From assembly GCF_006345805.1 (NCBI RefSeq), contig NC_042999.1, positions 69,998,001 to 70,062,000 on the forward strand: 64,000 nucleotides of DNA. Direction: 5' to 3'. This document shows, in pieces, positions 40,900 to 54,424 of the stretch. Position 1 is the first letter of the stretch. Every line of letters begins with the position of its first letter. A model generated the notes under the pieces. The model was given only the letters and a program-made list of their open reading frames with translations, ran no database searches and had not been told where the DNA came from. A program made the translations under genes and the position numbers. This DNA comes from Octopus sinensis. Its lineage: Eukaryota.

Positions 40900-41165
40900 A
40901 GATAAGACAGTAAGGTGTGATTTTAGGGAGATTTGGCTGCTATTTCTACCATGTCTAGCTGCCATGTAGGGGTCTCCCTCATAGGCTCATACATACATAT
41001 ATACATAGATAAGACAGTAAGGTGTGATTTGGGGGAAATTTGGCTGCTATTTCTACCAGGTCTAGCTGCCATGTAGGGGTCTCCCTCATTGGCTCATATA
41101 TATATACATACATAAGACAGTAAGGTGTGATTTGAGGGAGATTTGGCTGCTGTTTCTACCAGGTC
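40900..41165 (+). repeat. Tandem triplication (about 105-bp unit) of an old dispersed repeat
   Basis: TAAGACAGTAAGGTGTGATTT..GG..ATTTGGCTGCT.TTTCTACCA occurs three times; related diverged copies near 430-700, 17280, 26890, 37690, 61730 and 62170. Confidence 0.85.
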
Positions 41166-41484
41166 TGTTAGGCCTTCTCATGTAAACTCAAGCTTTCTCA
41201 TGCCTTGAACATAAGACCAAAGCAGAGAATGTATTCTTTTATTCTTCTGCTTTTTCCAGCCATTGGTCTGTGGCCATGCTGGGGCAATGCCTTGAAGAAT
41301 TGTAGTTTAATGAATCAACTCCACTTTTATTTTTGTAAGCATTGTACTTATTCTATCTGTTTCCTTTGTCAAACCACTAGGTGACAGGGATGTAAACAAA
41401 CCAACATTCGTTGTCAAGCAGTGGTGGAGGACAATCACAAGCACAGACACGCACACACACACATACATGCATACACATATACAC

Positions 41485-41515
<31 letters not shown>

Positions 41516-41535
41516 TATATGTGTGTATATATATA

Positions 41536-41794
41536 TTGCAGCGTGGAAGGTGTTTGTAAGCCATTTAAGAAACACACAAAAACCGTTACATTCACTTCAA
41601 CATTTAAATTTAATTTGCCAAAATATTTTCGTCGCTTTGAGACCGCGACCTGTTCACTGACAAAAATATCGTGCTAACAGGTCGCGGTCTCAAAGCGATG
41701 AAAATATTTTGACAAATTAAATTTAAATGTTGAAGTGAATCTAAAGGTTTTTGTGTGTTTCTTAAATGGCTTATAAGCACCTTCAACGCTGCAA
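41536..41794. repeat. Fold-back palindrome, arms about 120 bp, next to (TA)n
   Basis: TTGCAGCGTGGAAGGTG...GACCTGTT pairs with AACAGGTC...CACCTTCAACGCTGCAA. Confidence 0.9.
41617..41661 (-). ncRNA. Variant minimal hammerhead with G3-C8 core
   Basis: GTCA-GTGAACA-G-GTCGC-GGTCTCAAA-GCGAC-GAAA-ATAT-TT-TGGC. Confidence 0.55.
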
Positions 41795-41958
41795 CTGTTT
41801 TCGTTCCAGCACACGATCTCAGATCAAGTCACTTGCTATGCAAGTAGATCTCTGTAACTATATATATATTTATATATATATATATATATGTATATTGGTA
41901 AAAACAGTAAGATAACAAAAGAAAGAAAGAGACCTCAATATTATGTAAATAGAGGAAA

Positions 41959-42352
41959 TCTTTATATATAAAAGTGAGGTTGTGTGTCTGTCTCCTACGA
42001 TTTAGATTCCTAACTACTCCCACATTTTGCGGTGCAGTTTAAACCAAACCGGGTATCTTATAGTCGTGATTCATATCGAGACCGTCTGGGTATTAGCGCG
42101 CGTCTACGATGAGTCTACGATTTTAAAAAAATTTACCATCAATTTTTCCCATTTTTAATCCATTTTTGACATATATAAGGGAAGTAACTCTCTAAAATTT
42201 ATTATTAAATCTCAGAACGTAAAAAGCTACGGTAACACCCCTCCCCCTTTGTGGTTAGCCATATTGAGATGGCTATTATACTTTACATCTCTAAAAATGC
42301 TTATATAATTATTTCCCTTACAAACCCGAGCAACGCCGGGCGATACTGCTAG
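41959..42352 (+). mobile_element. Non-autonomous Helitron (family H1)
   Basis: A|TC...hairpin CCCGAGCAACGCCGGG...CTAG|T. Confidence 0.9.
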
Positions 42353-42999
42353 TATATATATAAAATCCATCATGTAGATTCCAATTTACAGCAACTGTGG
42401 TTATGTTTACATTTATTTTTAAACACTCTTCGAGTTTTATCTTCTAAAATATCGTTTCCTTATTTAGAATGATGTGTTTCAAGCTTACTCTAAGTTTAAA
42501 TGTTATTACTGAGTTGATTGCGGCATGTGCAGTAATGCAGAGCAGAAAGAAAAGAAAACAAGGCATACGCGCAAGACGAAATATTCGTAGAAGTCAAATG
42601 ATGATGCAGGCTGCAGCAGAAAAACCTCCCATATTTTACATGTTTTTTCTTGTAGTGCTAGTAAAGTTAGGCAGGTGATAATGGTATCTTCATGTAGCTA
42701 ATGTTTCATTTTTTTTTATCGTAGTTATTGCTATGGTTTCTAGCAGCGCATATTATTATGTATTTGCTTTTGAGACTTTTATCAGCATGTAAAATGTGAG
42801 GTCATTTTACTACACCCTGTATATGTCGTAGATAGCTTGTTTTCTGGATGGTAAAAATACTGTGGATGGATATAAGCTAAAATTGAAAATTTATCACATC
42901 CGGATCGAATTAGTAATTTACTTACCATTAAAATATGACGATTTCATTTTTTGAAGTTAATAAGGAGAGACGGTAAACGCGCTGGTCCTTTAAATGCGT

Positions 43000-44900
43000 G
43001 TCTCTCATACTGGTTGCCGTTCAGTATGAACATCTGTTAGTCTAAGTTTACAGGGAAAATTTGAACAGAGAAAGAATTCCTAGGTGGGGGTTGCAGTTCT
43101 GGGGAGGAATGATTTTGTGAAGTTAATAACAGAAGACAAAATACGGTACGAGAGGCAGGATGAGGAGAAACGAGTAGATCATGTAGATGAGGATAAATAA
43201 GGTATGCAAATAGTAATATTTTAGAACAGAGACCAATGTCGTAGCGACGGAGAGTTATAGAGAGAAAGTTCTTCGGCTCTGAAACAAGATTAAAGTGTGA
43301 TAAGTGAATTATTGCTACCCCGTAGCATTCCTTTCATTTGACTGTGTAGTCGGGGACTGATGAGAGCCTAAAAACAGCAACAGAGTGCAATAAATGTTAA
43401 TAGTACTTTACTATGGTGCTTAAACTTTGTCTGTAACTGATAAATCCTAGTTCCTTTTCTTTCTTTGTTGTTGTTTATTTTGTGAGGGTAATCCAGTATT
43501 GGTGGAGGCACATGGCCTAGTGGTTAGAGTAGCGGACTCGCGGTCAAGGGATCGCGAGTTCGAATCTCAGACCGGGCGATGTGTGTGTTTACGAGCGAAA
43601 CACCTAAGCTCCACGCGGCTCCGGTAGAAGGTAATGGCGAACTTCTGCTGACTCTTTCACCACAACTTTCTCTCACTCTTTCCTCCTGCATCTAGCAGCT
43701 CACCTGCGACGGACCGGTGTCACGTCCAGGTGGGGAACCTATACGCCAAACAAACTGGAAAACAAGCCCTTATGAGCCAGGCATGGCTCGAGAAGGCACA
43801 AACAATCCAGTATTGACAATATTTTATAAATGTAGTAACAATGAGAGATCATCAAAGATTCCAAGCTTAAGCATTTGAGGCAATCTTTGAAAGTTTTACA
43901 GTAATGTTGCTTTACTTGTTCTTGTGTAGTCAGAGTGAGATAAGAGGCAGTTGTGTATATGACTAGAGATTGCATATTTGCACTTTTGGACGGCATTCTG
44001 TTGTCGTGCCTCCGTTAAATGTTGTTCTCCATATCATTCACAGTTTAGACCTTGGCTTGATGTGATTAGATTGTGTGTGAAGGACGCTTTTTGTTAAAGG
44101 CTGAGGAAGACTGGAGCAAGAAATCCTTTATGTAGCACTGTGTACTATTAAAAGTGCCAGCAAATGGATCTGTTATGTAAGGAAGAATGAAAGACTAGTT
44201 GGTGCTGTGGAAATAGGAGAGATCTCCATCGACAATCAATGAAATGAAACTGAGTGATAAGTTCACGCTCCAAGATATGAGATGAGCATCTATCATAGGC
44301 GGCTGGAAATTTAGCAAGGAGTTTCTCATGGCAGACATAATAGAAAGTCTTGCTATTGTCACGACAATATAACTTTCGCCAAAGTCTATATTAATTCTGA
44401 CGAGTAATATAGAGCAAGTCTACTGTAGGTTTGGTTCAAAAGGAAGCCATACTGGTGGTCACTGCGGTGGGAAAGAGATTCGAGGTGACGACAATTGTTT
44501 CCTGATGACTGCTGAATGATAGATTAACAGTGTTGGTGGGTCAGAGAAGATGCCTTATAGTTGAATTGGGCACACTGAATTGTGTATTTAAAACTGGAAT
44601 AGACTTGTAAAGATGGAGGGGAATTATATACAATTTAGCGAGTTAGGAACGTGTCATGTGAGGGTACTAGAAAGGGCACCGTTAAGACCGATGCTTTTCA
44701 GGTTGCGTATGCGTATAAACAGGGCATTTGGAGAAGGTGAGATTGGAAAGTGTTTTATTGAGAATGTTCAGTGTAAAGTTGGAGGCAAAGTGAGTAACAG
44801 ATATGGAGATCCTTTCAGTAAGGATGCTACTAAGTCGTTACGGTTGAGTAGTTTTGCTAGAAGAATTCTGTCTTGTTGACGCAAAACAATGCAAATTGTA
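43000..44900 (-). mobile_element. Decayed CR1/L2/Jockey-group LINE interrupted by a SINE
   Basis: Fragments CLSLESL...YIYKI and TKSFLPRTA resemble the LxSLxxRR..YKI and SFFPRT..WN C-terminal motifs; upstream boundary uncertain. Confidence 0.5.
43502..43803 (+). mobile_element. Full-length tRNA-derived SINE family C with 12-bp TSD
   Basis: A box TGGCCTAGTGG, B box GTTCGAATC; TSD AATCCAGTATTG at 43490-43501 and 43804-43815. Confidence 0.95.
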
Positions 44901-45043
44901 TTCCAAGCATGATGATTTCGAATTTCTGTGGAGTAGCCTGAACTTTCTTCAAAAACATACTTCAAGAAGTACGTTATGCATTCAGACCACTGTGAAGAAA
45001 CTGAAAAGAAATGATATGAATTTATAAAAAAGATATCACTTAC

Positions 45044-45178
45044 TTGCTGAACATCCTGTTAGATTAAGTCTTGGGATATAACCCATTTTACAAATGCAGT
45101 GTCCCCAGGGTGAACACTTAGAATTTGTCATAGCACTGGAACAGTCGATGTATGAAGAACACAAGTCACCAAGCCTAC
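45044..45178 (-). CDS. Internal host exon encoding an EB-module / EGF-like cysteine-rich repeat
   Basis: Acceptor TTTTCTTTTATTTATCAAATTTCAG, donor GCAA|GTAAGT, 135 nt, phase 1-1; RLGDLCSSYIDCSSAMTNSKCSPWGHCICKMGYIPRLNLTGCSA. Confidence 0.8.
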
Positions 45179-46844
45179 CTGAAATTTGATAAATAAAAGA
45201 AAAATCAGTTTGTGTGCGTATAACAACAATAAATGGCTAATATTTGCTTTTTTTCCATGCTATTGATAACTGCTTGTTTTCTGGAACCTCTGTCACGTGC
45301 ACCCAATATAATTGGGTGATGAGTTGCTGCCCGGGTGAGTAATAAGGATTTTAAGATATGCACAACAATACACATTTTGGGAAAGAGAACAGTCGATAAA
45401 CTGATGCCAGTATTTAAGTGGTACTTACTTTACCGAGTCCAGATTGAAGAAATGTAATGTCGATCTCGGCAGGATTTAAACTCAAAACTTAGAGGGACGA
45501 AACTAAATACAGCAAGGCACCTTAGTTCAGTGAGAAATCTCTATATAATAATTGCCGATAGAAACGATGGGTGATTGGTTGGCTGGTTGGTTCGTTGGTT
45601 CGTTGGTTTCTTCGCTCGCGTTTTATAGTGTAGCGAGAGAAGGGGAGGGAGTAAACGAGTGGTACAGAGAGAGTTAACATAATAGGTGCAAGGTGTGATC
45701 ATACTTCGTTTAGTGGCAGACAATGTGTAAAGAACGGGATGTACAATGAGACATAAAGAATCATGGAGGAGGAGGAAGAGGGGGTGGAGGGGGAGGAGGA
45801 GAGAAGCGGGTGGGGAGGAGTAAATGACAGAATAATTAGAGACAGATAATCAGACAGAAATGAAAGCGCAACATTTCAGAACAATATAATAAAGTAATAA
45901 AAAATATAGAAATAAAATTTATAAAACAAAATAGGGGAAATAAAAGAAGAGGAAGAAAGATTAGAGGCGAAGGGTATAGGTAGAGAAGTGACAGCGCGAA
46001 TTATTGAAGAAATTAAAGCATATCACATTTAAAAAGTTATTTGAAAAACAATGAAAATTGTGTAATATGGACAGGAATCACCAATTGGGAAGGTATTTAA
46101 ACGGTTCGAAGTGCAAAGCATAGTTTATATTCATCTCTCGAAGAATGTTTTATTGAGACGAATGAATATAAATAAAAATATGTTCGAACCAAATGTAAAC
46201 AGGGAAATATGTTTGCATAAGTAAGTATAAATACTGTCACAGTAATATGTAAGTGTGCATGTATAAATATAGACAAGCACAAAATATTTCCTCCTTCTTC
46301 TAGGAAATCTGCATTTCTTATAAATTTTACCTCTAATATAATTATACTTAAAAATACGTCAATCCTCATAGGTTGAGCGGATTTCGCCGGAGGAATTGGC
46401 ATGGTTATGAAATGATGCTGAATTACATAATATTGTGCTGCATACTGTGCATTGTTAAATAATAAATCATGCAATTGAATGCATGTTGTAATGTTCTGAG
46501 CAATTTTTATTTCTTTATTTTTTATATATGTGTGTGTATGTGTAAGAGAGAGAGAGAAAGAGAGAGAGTGTGTGTGTACACACACACCAACACACATATA
46601 TATTCTTTTATTCTTTTTTCTTTTACTTGTTTCAGTCATTTCACTGCGGCCATCCTGGAGCACCGCCTTAACGGGTGTTAGACAAACAAATCGACCAGAG
46701 GATTTATTCTTTGTAAGCCTAGTACTTATTTTATCGTTCTTTTTTGCTGAACTGCTAATTTACAGGTACATAAATACACCAGCATCGGTTGTCAAGCAGT
46801 GGCAGGGGGACGAACACAGACACAAATATATATATATATAATAT

Positions 46845-46889
<45 letters not shown>

Positions 46890-47507
46890 TATATATATAT
46901 GCATATATATATGCATGTGTATATACATAAATGTATGTATGTATGTACATCCAGAAATAAACCGACACCTCCATAATGCACAGGAGGAGGCTACAGAGAG
47001 AAAAATGTGTAACTAGGAAAAAACAAAAGGTGTGCCTTACGTCTATGTGAGAGGATGTTGGGGAGTAATAAGAGGAAAGGCAAAGACGAGAGAAAGACTG
47101 TGAGATATCAACAGGTTATACACCACACCCAATCATATACACAATCATATGCATCAGTCGGCAGATGCATTCAACGTGTACTCATATATAAGTGCGCACG
47201 CACGCACTCACGCACACCACACCCACCCACTCACATACGTACACACACACGCACATGTTAGTAACGGACTGAAAGAATGATTACTCAACACAGGACAGGT
47301 GGATAGATTAGATAATTCTTTTTAATAGTGTTTTATTGCTTCTCCGGCACCATTGGTTTCTTGTAGGAAAATCTTCATTTATTCGACCTGACTTTGAAAC
47401 ACGAATGCTACTCTTCTATTGAAAAAGATGAAAGTGTTATGCTAAATCAAAATAGCACATGATATCAATAATATAGAATAAGTTATGCATCAATCTATAA
47501 AGAATTT

Positions 47508-48040
47508 ATGGAATATATGATGAATATATAAAGGGAAGCAACATCCAAGCAACATCCAAGCAACATTCCTTTGTAATAAACTTGGAATATGATAAATGCA
47601 GTAAAATGATGACTTGCACCAATGCCTTTAAATATGCATTTGCACAATTACACATAATTATACATAAATAAGCGTGCGTATATTCATATATAAATGTACA
47701 TAACTATGCATATGTATGCATTAAGAATACACGCACATATATATACATATATTCATGTACAACATAAACGTACGCATGCACACATACATAACCAGAAATA
47801 TATGTATTATAGCTTTAACATTCGTTGCTGGATTGTTGCCATATGTGAGTTTACATGTGATGGAACTGTGCTCTATAAATGTTTCAAGGTTTGTTTATTT
47901 AGGAAATTCAGTGCCTCCCATTACAGTTATAAAAATATGCTACTGCATTTATCTTATACTAAGTTTATTACAAGGGAAGTAACCAATAATACTGACCCTG
48001 GATGATTGCTTCCCTTTATATATTCATTACATATTCCTTG
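47508..48040. mobile_element. Imperfect inverted-repeat element, arms about 100 bp
   Basis: GGAATATATGATGAATATATAAAGGGAAGCAACATCCA...GATAAATGCAGTA pairs with TACTGCATTTATC...TGGATGATTGCTTCCCTTTATATATTCATTACATATTCC. Confidence 0.65.
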
Positions 48041-48051
48041 TATATTTATGC

Positions 48052-48408
48052 GTGGAGGTTCAATGGCCCAGTGGTTAGGACTCGCGGTTTCGATTCCCAG
48101 ACCGGGCGTTGCGAGTGTTTATCGAGCGAAAACACTTAAAGATCCACGAGGCTCCGGCAGGGGGTGTTAGTGAACCCTGCTGTACTCTTTCACCACAACT
48201 TTCTCTCACTCTTTCTTCCTGTTTCTGTTGTACACACTCTGTATCATGCTGTCACACTCTGTGTCATGCTGAATCTCCCCAAGAACTACGTTAAAGGTAC
48301 ACATGTCTGTGGAGTGCTCATCCACTTGCACGTTAATTTCACGAGCAGGCTGTTTTGTTGATTGGATCAACTGGAACCCTCGTCGTCGTAACCGACGGAG
48401 CGCCGTAG
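48052..48408 (+). mobile_element. SINE family C
   Basis: TGGCCCAGTGG A box and GTTTCGATTCC B box; body shared with 43502-43803. Confidence 0.85.
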
Positions 48409-49639
48409 TGTATTTATGCATAACTAATTCGATGTTATTCATATTTCGTACCATCTAAGGTTTCTCATGACACTCACCTCAGATTCAATGGCGAAGTGTC
48501 ACTCGTTCTTCGAAATTTGGTTAAATAAATACAGATTTTTCTGCAAGGAACCAATGGTACGGGAGAAGCAACCAAGCTATGCGTGTGTGTGTGTGTGTGT
48601 GTAAGAAAGATACCCCTTAGTGAATTATTCATCACCAATGAGTAAGGGACGTTCTGTCACAGTTTTGTCTTTCCTTTTCTACCCTTCGATGTTTCACTTA
48701 GAGAGCGAGTGAGAAGAGTGACACAGAAAGGAGGATAAAGTGTGAGAAAATTAGAAGAAAAGACAATATGGGAGAATAAAGAAAGAAAACCGAGCAAGGA
48801 GAACATAAAAGAAGTGTGAATACTCTTCCACTTTCTGAAAATGTCTTCAATTTAAATCATGTTCATGTAGATAAATACAAGAATTTAAATACATGTTGCT
48901 TGCATTTTTTAATTATATTTGCATCTTTCAAAAAATTTGAAACATGTGCATTTCAAACTTTCAGTAAGTAAAACAATATTATGTTTATCTTTTCATTATT
49001 GAATATCCATTATTTTTCTTTATTTCTTTCAGTTTTGGAAATATATAGTTTTCTTTCGTTATTTATTGACAATTTCAAAAGATTTCATTATAAAAAGCAT
49101 TAAACAATGGCCCCATTTACTAATGTAGCATAAAATGTTCTTAAATATAGCTATTCCTTTCTTTCTGAATAATTCTGCCGTATAAATTTGGCTATTTCAC
49201 TTTAGAGTTGTCTAATTCACTTTAGACTTAGATCTGATATTTTAACATTCTTGTGAAAGGGGAGACATTTATATATTTTAGAAAACTATTACTTTATCTA
49301 CATCATTTGATGAAGATATAAATGGCATATAAGAGTTCTGTTTTATACGTTACATTTAACTTTAAAAAGTTAAATGATGGCTCAACGTTTTACTACTGAA
49401 TCTTTAAGTTTAATAGCAACATTGAAATGAAAAAACAATGTAAAAATTAGCGTCTTATCAATAATTTGCATGTACCACGTCCTCGCGATGTTTTCTTTTT
49501 CTTGTGTTCTTTTTCCGTTTTTGGGGGGGGATTATATATACATACATACAAACATAAATACATACATACATACATACATACATACATACATAAATACATA
49601 CATACATACATACATACTTACATACATACATACATACAT

Positions 49640-50850
49640 AGACAGTGAGATGGATAAATTGTCGCCATTTTATATTTTTAATTTTGCGCGTGTATGTTCT
49701 TTGTTTTTGATTTTGTCGATAACACAGTATAGTAGGGTCAGTTGGGCACTGTCTGTGACAAAGACAGCACCATGACGCAATTCCCTCTGCCAGAAAGTTT
49801 GAAACGACGTGCTGCCTTGCTTGACATTCGCGCCAGAAGTTCCAATACGAACATTTCAGAGTGTTTGAGTGTCAATCTGAGGACAGAGCAGAGGATTCGG
49901 AAAGAGTTGGATGACTTTAATAGTGTTTACGAAGGTACGGCAGCTCGGAAAACTCTCTCTAGTCATTCTGATAAGAAAAGAACTCTTGTTGGTGAGATCC
50001 AGGCCATGATTGACAACGATCCCTCCAAGTCAGATACTCCCATGTCCGCCAAGGACATGGAAGTATCTGAGTTTCTTATCAGGCAGGTAGCGTATGAAGA
50101 TATTTGGTATTCCTCATACAAGATGAGAAAGGGCCAATTTTTATCCCAAGCCACTAAGGACAAGAGGAAAGACCGCGCTACGAAACTTTTGAACAAACTC
50201 AAGCATCCCTCCAACTGAACATACTTTGGTTTTTCTCAGACAAGAAACATTTGTGTCAGATGGTACCGAGAGTGATAAAAATCAAACATCCAGTCAACAT
50301 CATGCCTCCATTCATCTTCCCATACAGTCTCAGACTAAACACGGAGGCCTACATCAAGTGCCAGGAGGAGGTAGTGTTGCCCTGGGTCAGGCGAGTAGCT
50401 GCTGGAGGACCCTATGTCTGGCAACAGGACTCTGTACTATGCCACACAAGCAGGATAACCCAGTCATGGCTGTAAGACAATTTCTGCGACCGCATCACCC
50501 CTAACATCTAACCACCTAATTCCTCAGATTGCAACCCCTTTGATTATTATGTGTGGATCGCAGTTGAGCAAGAGACCAACAAAACTCCTTACAACACCAA
50601 AGATGAACTGAAGGCAAGGATTAGGGCAGCATTCACCAGCTTAAATAAGGAAACTCTCCAGAAGAGTTGCAGGAGATTCCGAAGTCGTCTGGAGGCCGTG
50701 GTTGAAACCAACGGCGATAGTATTGAATAAATTTACTCTTTAGTATTTCAAAATATTTTTATGTAATTTGGGCAAATATATCTGTTAAAATGAGATGTCA
50801 GTGTTATTTTCATTTATGCGTAATTTAGACATTTTATTCACCGCATCTGG

Positions 50851-50852
<2 letters not shown>
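49640..50852 (+). mobile_element. Near-complete but inactive DD37D (maT-type) transposon
   Basis: ORF 49742-50218 (HTH region), WFFSD, YVWQQDS...PPNSSDCNPFDYYVW with stops and deletions; ends TTATTCACCGCATCTGG-TA. Confidence 0.9.
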
Positions 50853-50887
<35 letters not shown>

Positions 50888-51059
50888 TACTTACAAAGCA
50901 GACAGACAGACAGAATTCTGGTGACTGCCACTTTCTTTTGAGAAGAAGACCAGCACTTCAATTATTAAATGCTGTCATCCAATCTCAAATGACTTGCAAG
51001 TCTATCTTTAAACAAATAGACCCTACTACAGATGTTACAAGCATTTTCAGGCAGAAAAG

Positions 51060-51650
51060 TGTCTGGAATTGAAGTTGTCTTGTTTACGAATGCTCGTTTC
51101 CAGATGGATTGTTCGATTGTCCGTGTTTCAAATGCTATTGTAGGTTACATCTTTCCAAACAGATCGATTTTCTGTCATCTGCTCCCAGTCTTTAATATTC
51201 TCACTAAGAGCCATGAGGTTGCTTGGACGGTATCTCTAAAACGTTCGTTCCGCCGGGGATTCCGCCGAGGTCGACTTTGCCTTTCATCCTTTCGGGGTCG
51301 ATAAATTAAGTACTAGTTACGCACTGGGGTCGATTTAATTGACTTAATACCTATGTCTGTCTCCTCTATGTTTAGCGCCTTGTGGGTAATAAAGAAATAG
51401 GTATCTCTAAAACGTTTCTTAGGTTTCTGTCTCGGACGTTTACTAGGTTGCGAAACAGCTGCTTAGGCAATCTGTCATCCTGCTTCTCAGTAAAGTTTTC
51501 CATCCAACACATCTAATTGCGTATGAGGAGAATTTCAAAACTGGATGTTTTGGCTTGCTGAAGAACAACGGAGTCTGGTGTTTAAGATCCTCCAAAGGCA
51601 AATTTCATGGAGTCTTTCCAAAGCCTTGGTTTGATGACGAAACACATGAA
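51060..51650 (-). mobile_element. RTE LINE C-terminal remnant interrupted by a truncated SINE A (51246-51399)
   Basis: LERLHEICLWRIL...DDRLPKQLF...KKRFRDT; 17-bp TSD GGTATCTCTAAAACGTT at 51229-51245 and 51400-51416. Confidence 0.8.
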
Positions 51651-51663
51651 ACTTAAGTACATA

Positions 51664-52076
51664 GGCGCAGGAATGGCTGTGTGGTAAGTAGCTTGTTTAC
51701 CAACCACATGGTTCCGGGTTCAGTCCCACTGTGTGGCACCTTGGGCAAGTGTCTTCTACTATAGACTCGGGCCCACCAAAGCCTTGTGAGTGGATTTGGT
51801 AGACGGAAACTGAAAGAAGCCCGTTGTATATATGTATATATATGTATGTATGTGTGCGTGTATGTTTGTGTGTCTGTGTTTGTCCCATCCAACATCGCTT
51901 GACATCCGATGCTAGTGTGTTTATGTCCTCGTCACTTAGCGGTTCGGCAAAAAGAGACCGATAGAATAAGTACTGGGCTTACAAAGAATAAATCCCGGGG
52001 TCGAGTTGCTCGATTAAAGGCGGTACTCCGGCATGGCCACAGTCAAATGACTGAAACAAGTAAAAGAGTAAAAGAG
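51664..52076 (+). mobile_element. Full-length SINE family B with internal microsatellite
   Basis: tRNA-like head TGGCTGTGTGG..GGTTCAGTCCC, core ACCTTGGGCAAGTGTCTT, internal (TA/TG)n, tail (GTAAAAGA)n. Confidence 0.9.
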
Positions 52077-52305
52077 TATATATCCATAAATATACACATG
52101 CGCGTGCTAATATATGAAAATACGCATGCACATATACATACAGACACACACGCTCGCGTAAGCATAAGTATACATCAAAATAATTTCATTGAAGTTTTGA
52201 TGATACGACATAAGTTATATGAATTTTCAAATAGGGCGTGAAATGAGAATTTCTATTCACATTTAATTTCTCCATCCGTAGATGGAAATATACAAGTATA
52301 CGGGC

Positions 52306-52345
<40 letters not shown>

Positions 52346-52563
52346 TCACACATACATACGTGTGTGTATATATGTGTGTGTATGTATGCATGCGTATGCA
52401 TGTATTTATGTAGCTATATATAAATGTACTATATAAATTATAAACGCTTATCCATACACATATATGCTTATATGTGTATCATTTCTTTTTATGTTTCTAC
52501 GCGTGTGTGTGAGTGCGCGTGCGTGTGTGTGTGTATGTATGTGCGTGTGTGTGTATGTATGTA

Positions 52564-52604
<41 letters not shown>

Positions 52605-53289
52605 TCAACATTTATTTTTGTAGAAAAGATTGACAGGCGATTCATTGCTGGAAAGCATGGTGCGTGCCTACACCAATTTCCTATTTTGGATTTGATTGCA
52701 TTACATACATAGAGGTATTCGTTTACGAAACGTGTTGTCTCTGAATTCTATAGGAACTCTACAGAGATAAACCAACCAAAGCCTTGTGAGTGGATTTGGT
52801 AGACGGAAACTGAAAGAAGCCTGTTGTATATACGTATATATATATGGATGTGTACGTGTACGTTTTTGTGTCTGTGTTTACCCCCCCCCGCCCCACCATG
52901 CCTGACAACCGATGGTGGTGTGTTTGCGTCCCCACAACTTGGCGGTTCGGCAAAAGAGACCGATAGAATAAGTACTAGGCTTACAAAGAATAAGTCCTGC
53001 GGTCGATTTGCTCGGGTAAAGGCGGTGCTCCAGCATGGCCGCAGTCAAATGATTGTAACATATAAAAGAGTAAAAGAGAAACAGAAATTAAAAGTGATAC
53101 ATTGACTGAAAAAAAAGACTCAATGGCGTCGCTCGGTGTGGGATTCGTGTGGCGTCATTCCACTCCTCCATTATTTTCTCTCATCTTCTTTCATTCGCTT
53201 TTTTCCCCACTTTCGTGTTTTTTTTTGTTTTGTCCTGATTGTTTTGTGCTGTCCTACGTGTATTTGTCCTTCTGTGTTTAGCCACTTGT

Positions 53290-54416
53290 GCGTAATCAAG
53301 AAATAGTTGTTTACAATCATCTGAAATGGAACTGTCAAAGCGCGATATTCGAGCAATTTTGCTATTCAACCTCAAAAAAGGACGTAAAGCAGCTGAAACT
53401 TCTCGCGATATGAACGAAATATTTGGTGAGGAAATGACCAGTGAGTGGTCAGCTCGAAAATGGTTTAAACGACTTCGCTGTGGAGACCTGAACCATGAAG
53501 ATTGTGAGCGTAGTGGACGCCCATCTGTCATCGATGACGGTCAATTAAAGACCGTGAATGAAAAAGATCCACGTGAAACCACTCAAAACTAATAAAAGAA
53601 CTTCAAGTAAACCAGAAAACTGCCTGCGATCGGAAAATCAAAAAACTCGAAAATGGGCACCATTCGTTTTGGATGAAAATCAGAAATGCGCAGATATGAA
53701 ATTTGCTCATCGCTTCTCCGTAATCAGACCGATCCATTTCTCGACCATATTGTGACTTGCGATGAAAACTGGATTCTGTACAATGATAAAAATCGTTCTT
53801 CGCAGTGGTTGGGCCAAAATGAAGCACCGAAAATCTTCCCTAAACCCGAGCTCTTCAACAAGAAGGTTATAGTGGCTGTTTGGTGATGTACTGTTGGACT
53901 CATTCACTATAACTTCTTAAAACCCAGAACAATCATTACTGCAGAAATATATTGCCATGAAATTGCCAAAATGAACGGAAAAGTGCTACTCCCCACTCCC
54001 AGACTAGTCAACAGAAGAGGGCCAATCATTCTTCACGACAATGCTCGACCACACGTTTTACTAATGACCCTCTAGAAGTTGAGGGAACTTGGATACGAGG
54101 TTCTTCCCCACCCAGCTTATTCCCTAGACTTTTCTCCTACCGACTATCACTTTTTCAAGCATTTGATGGTTTCCTGCGACTGAAGGAGTTCAAAAATCAA
54201 ACCGATGCCGAAAGTGAGTTCATCAGCTCCAGAACGCCAGTTTTTTATGTTACCAAAATAAACAAACTTGTAACTCGTTCGCAAAAATGTGTTGATTATA
54301 ATGGTGCTTATGTATTATAATGGTGCTTACTTTGATGAATAAAATTTCCGCATTGTTGAAATACATTATAATGAATTTCATGTTTCAAAACGTTGCTTAC
54401 TTTTCACTCAGCCTGA
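53290..54416 (+). mobile_element. Decayed mariner transposase (DD34D, Hsmar1-like)
   Basis: ERSGRP, FLDHIVTCDENWILY, LHDNARPH, PHPAYSLDFSPTDYHFF; frameshifts and stops; right TIR-like end near 54390-54416. Confidence 0.9.
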
Positions 54417-54424
54417 TATATGAT

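Noticed and set aside
40900-41165. Regularly spaced repeats resembling a CRISPR array
   Set aside because: Whole-unit tandem triplication with no unique spacers, in eukaryotic DNA with no cas genes.
43502-43580. tRNA gene
   Set aside because: The A and B boxes belong to a SINE head followed by SINE body and TSD; no full cloverleaf seen.
48478-48540. Possible small minus-strand exon (TTGCAG...GAG|GTGAGT)
   Set aside because: Splice-like motifs only, with no coding signal; insufficient support.
53326-54340. Domesticated SETMAR-like gene
   Set aside because: Frameshifts and stops, no SET domain; a decayed mariner.
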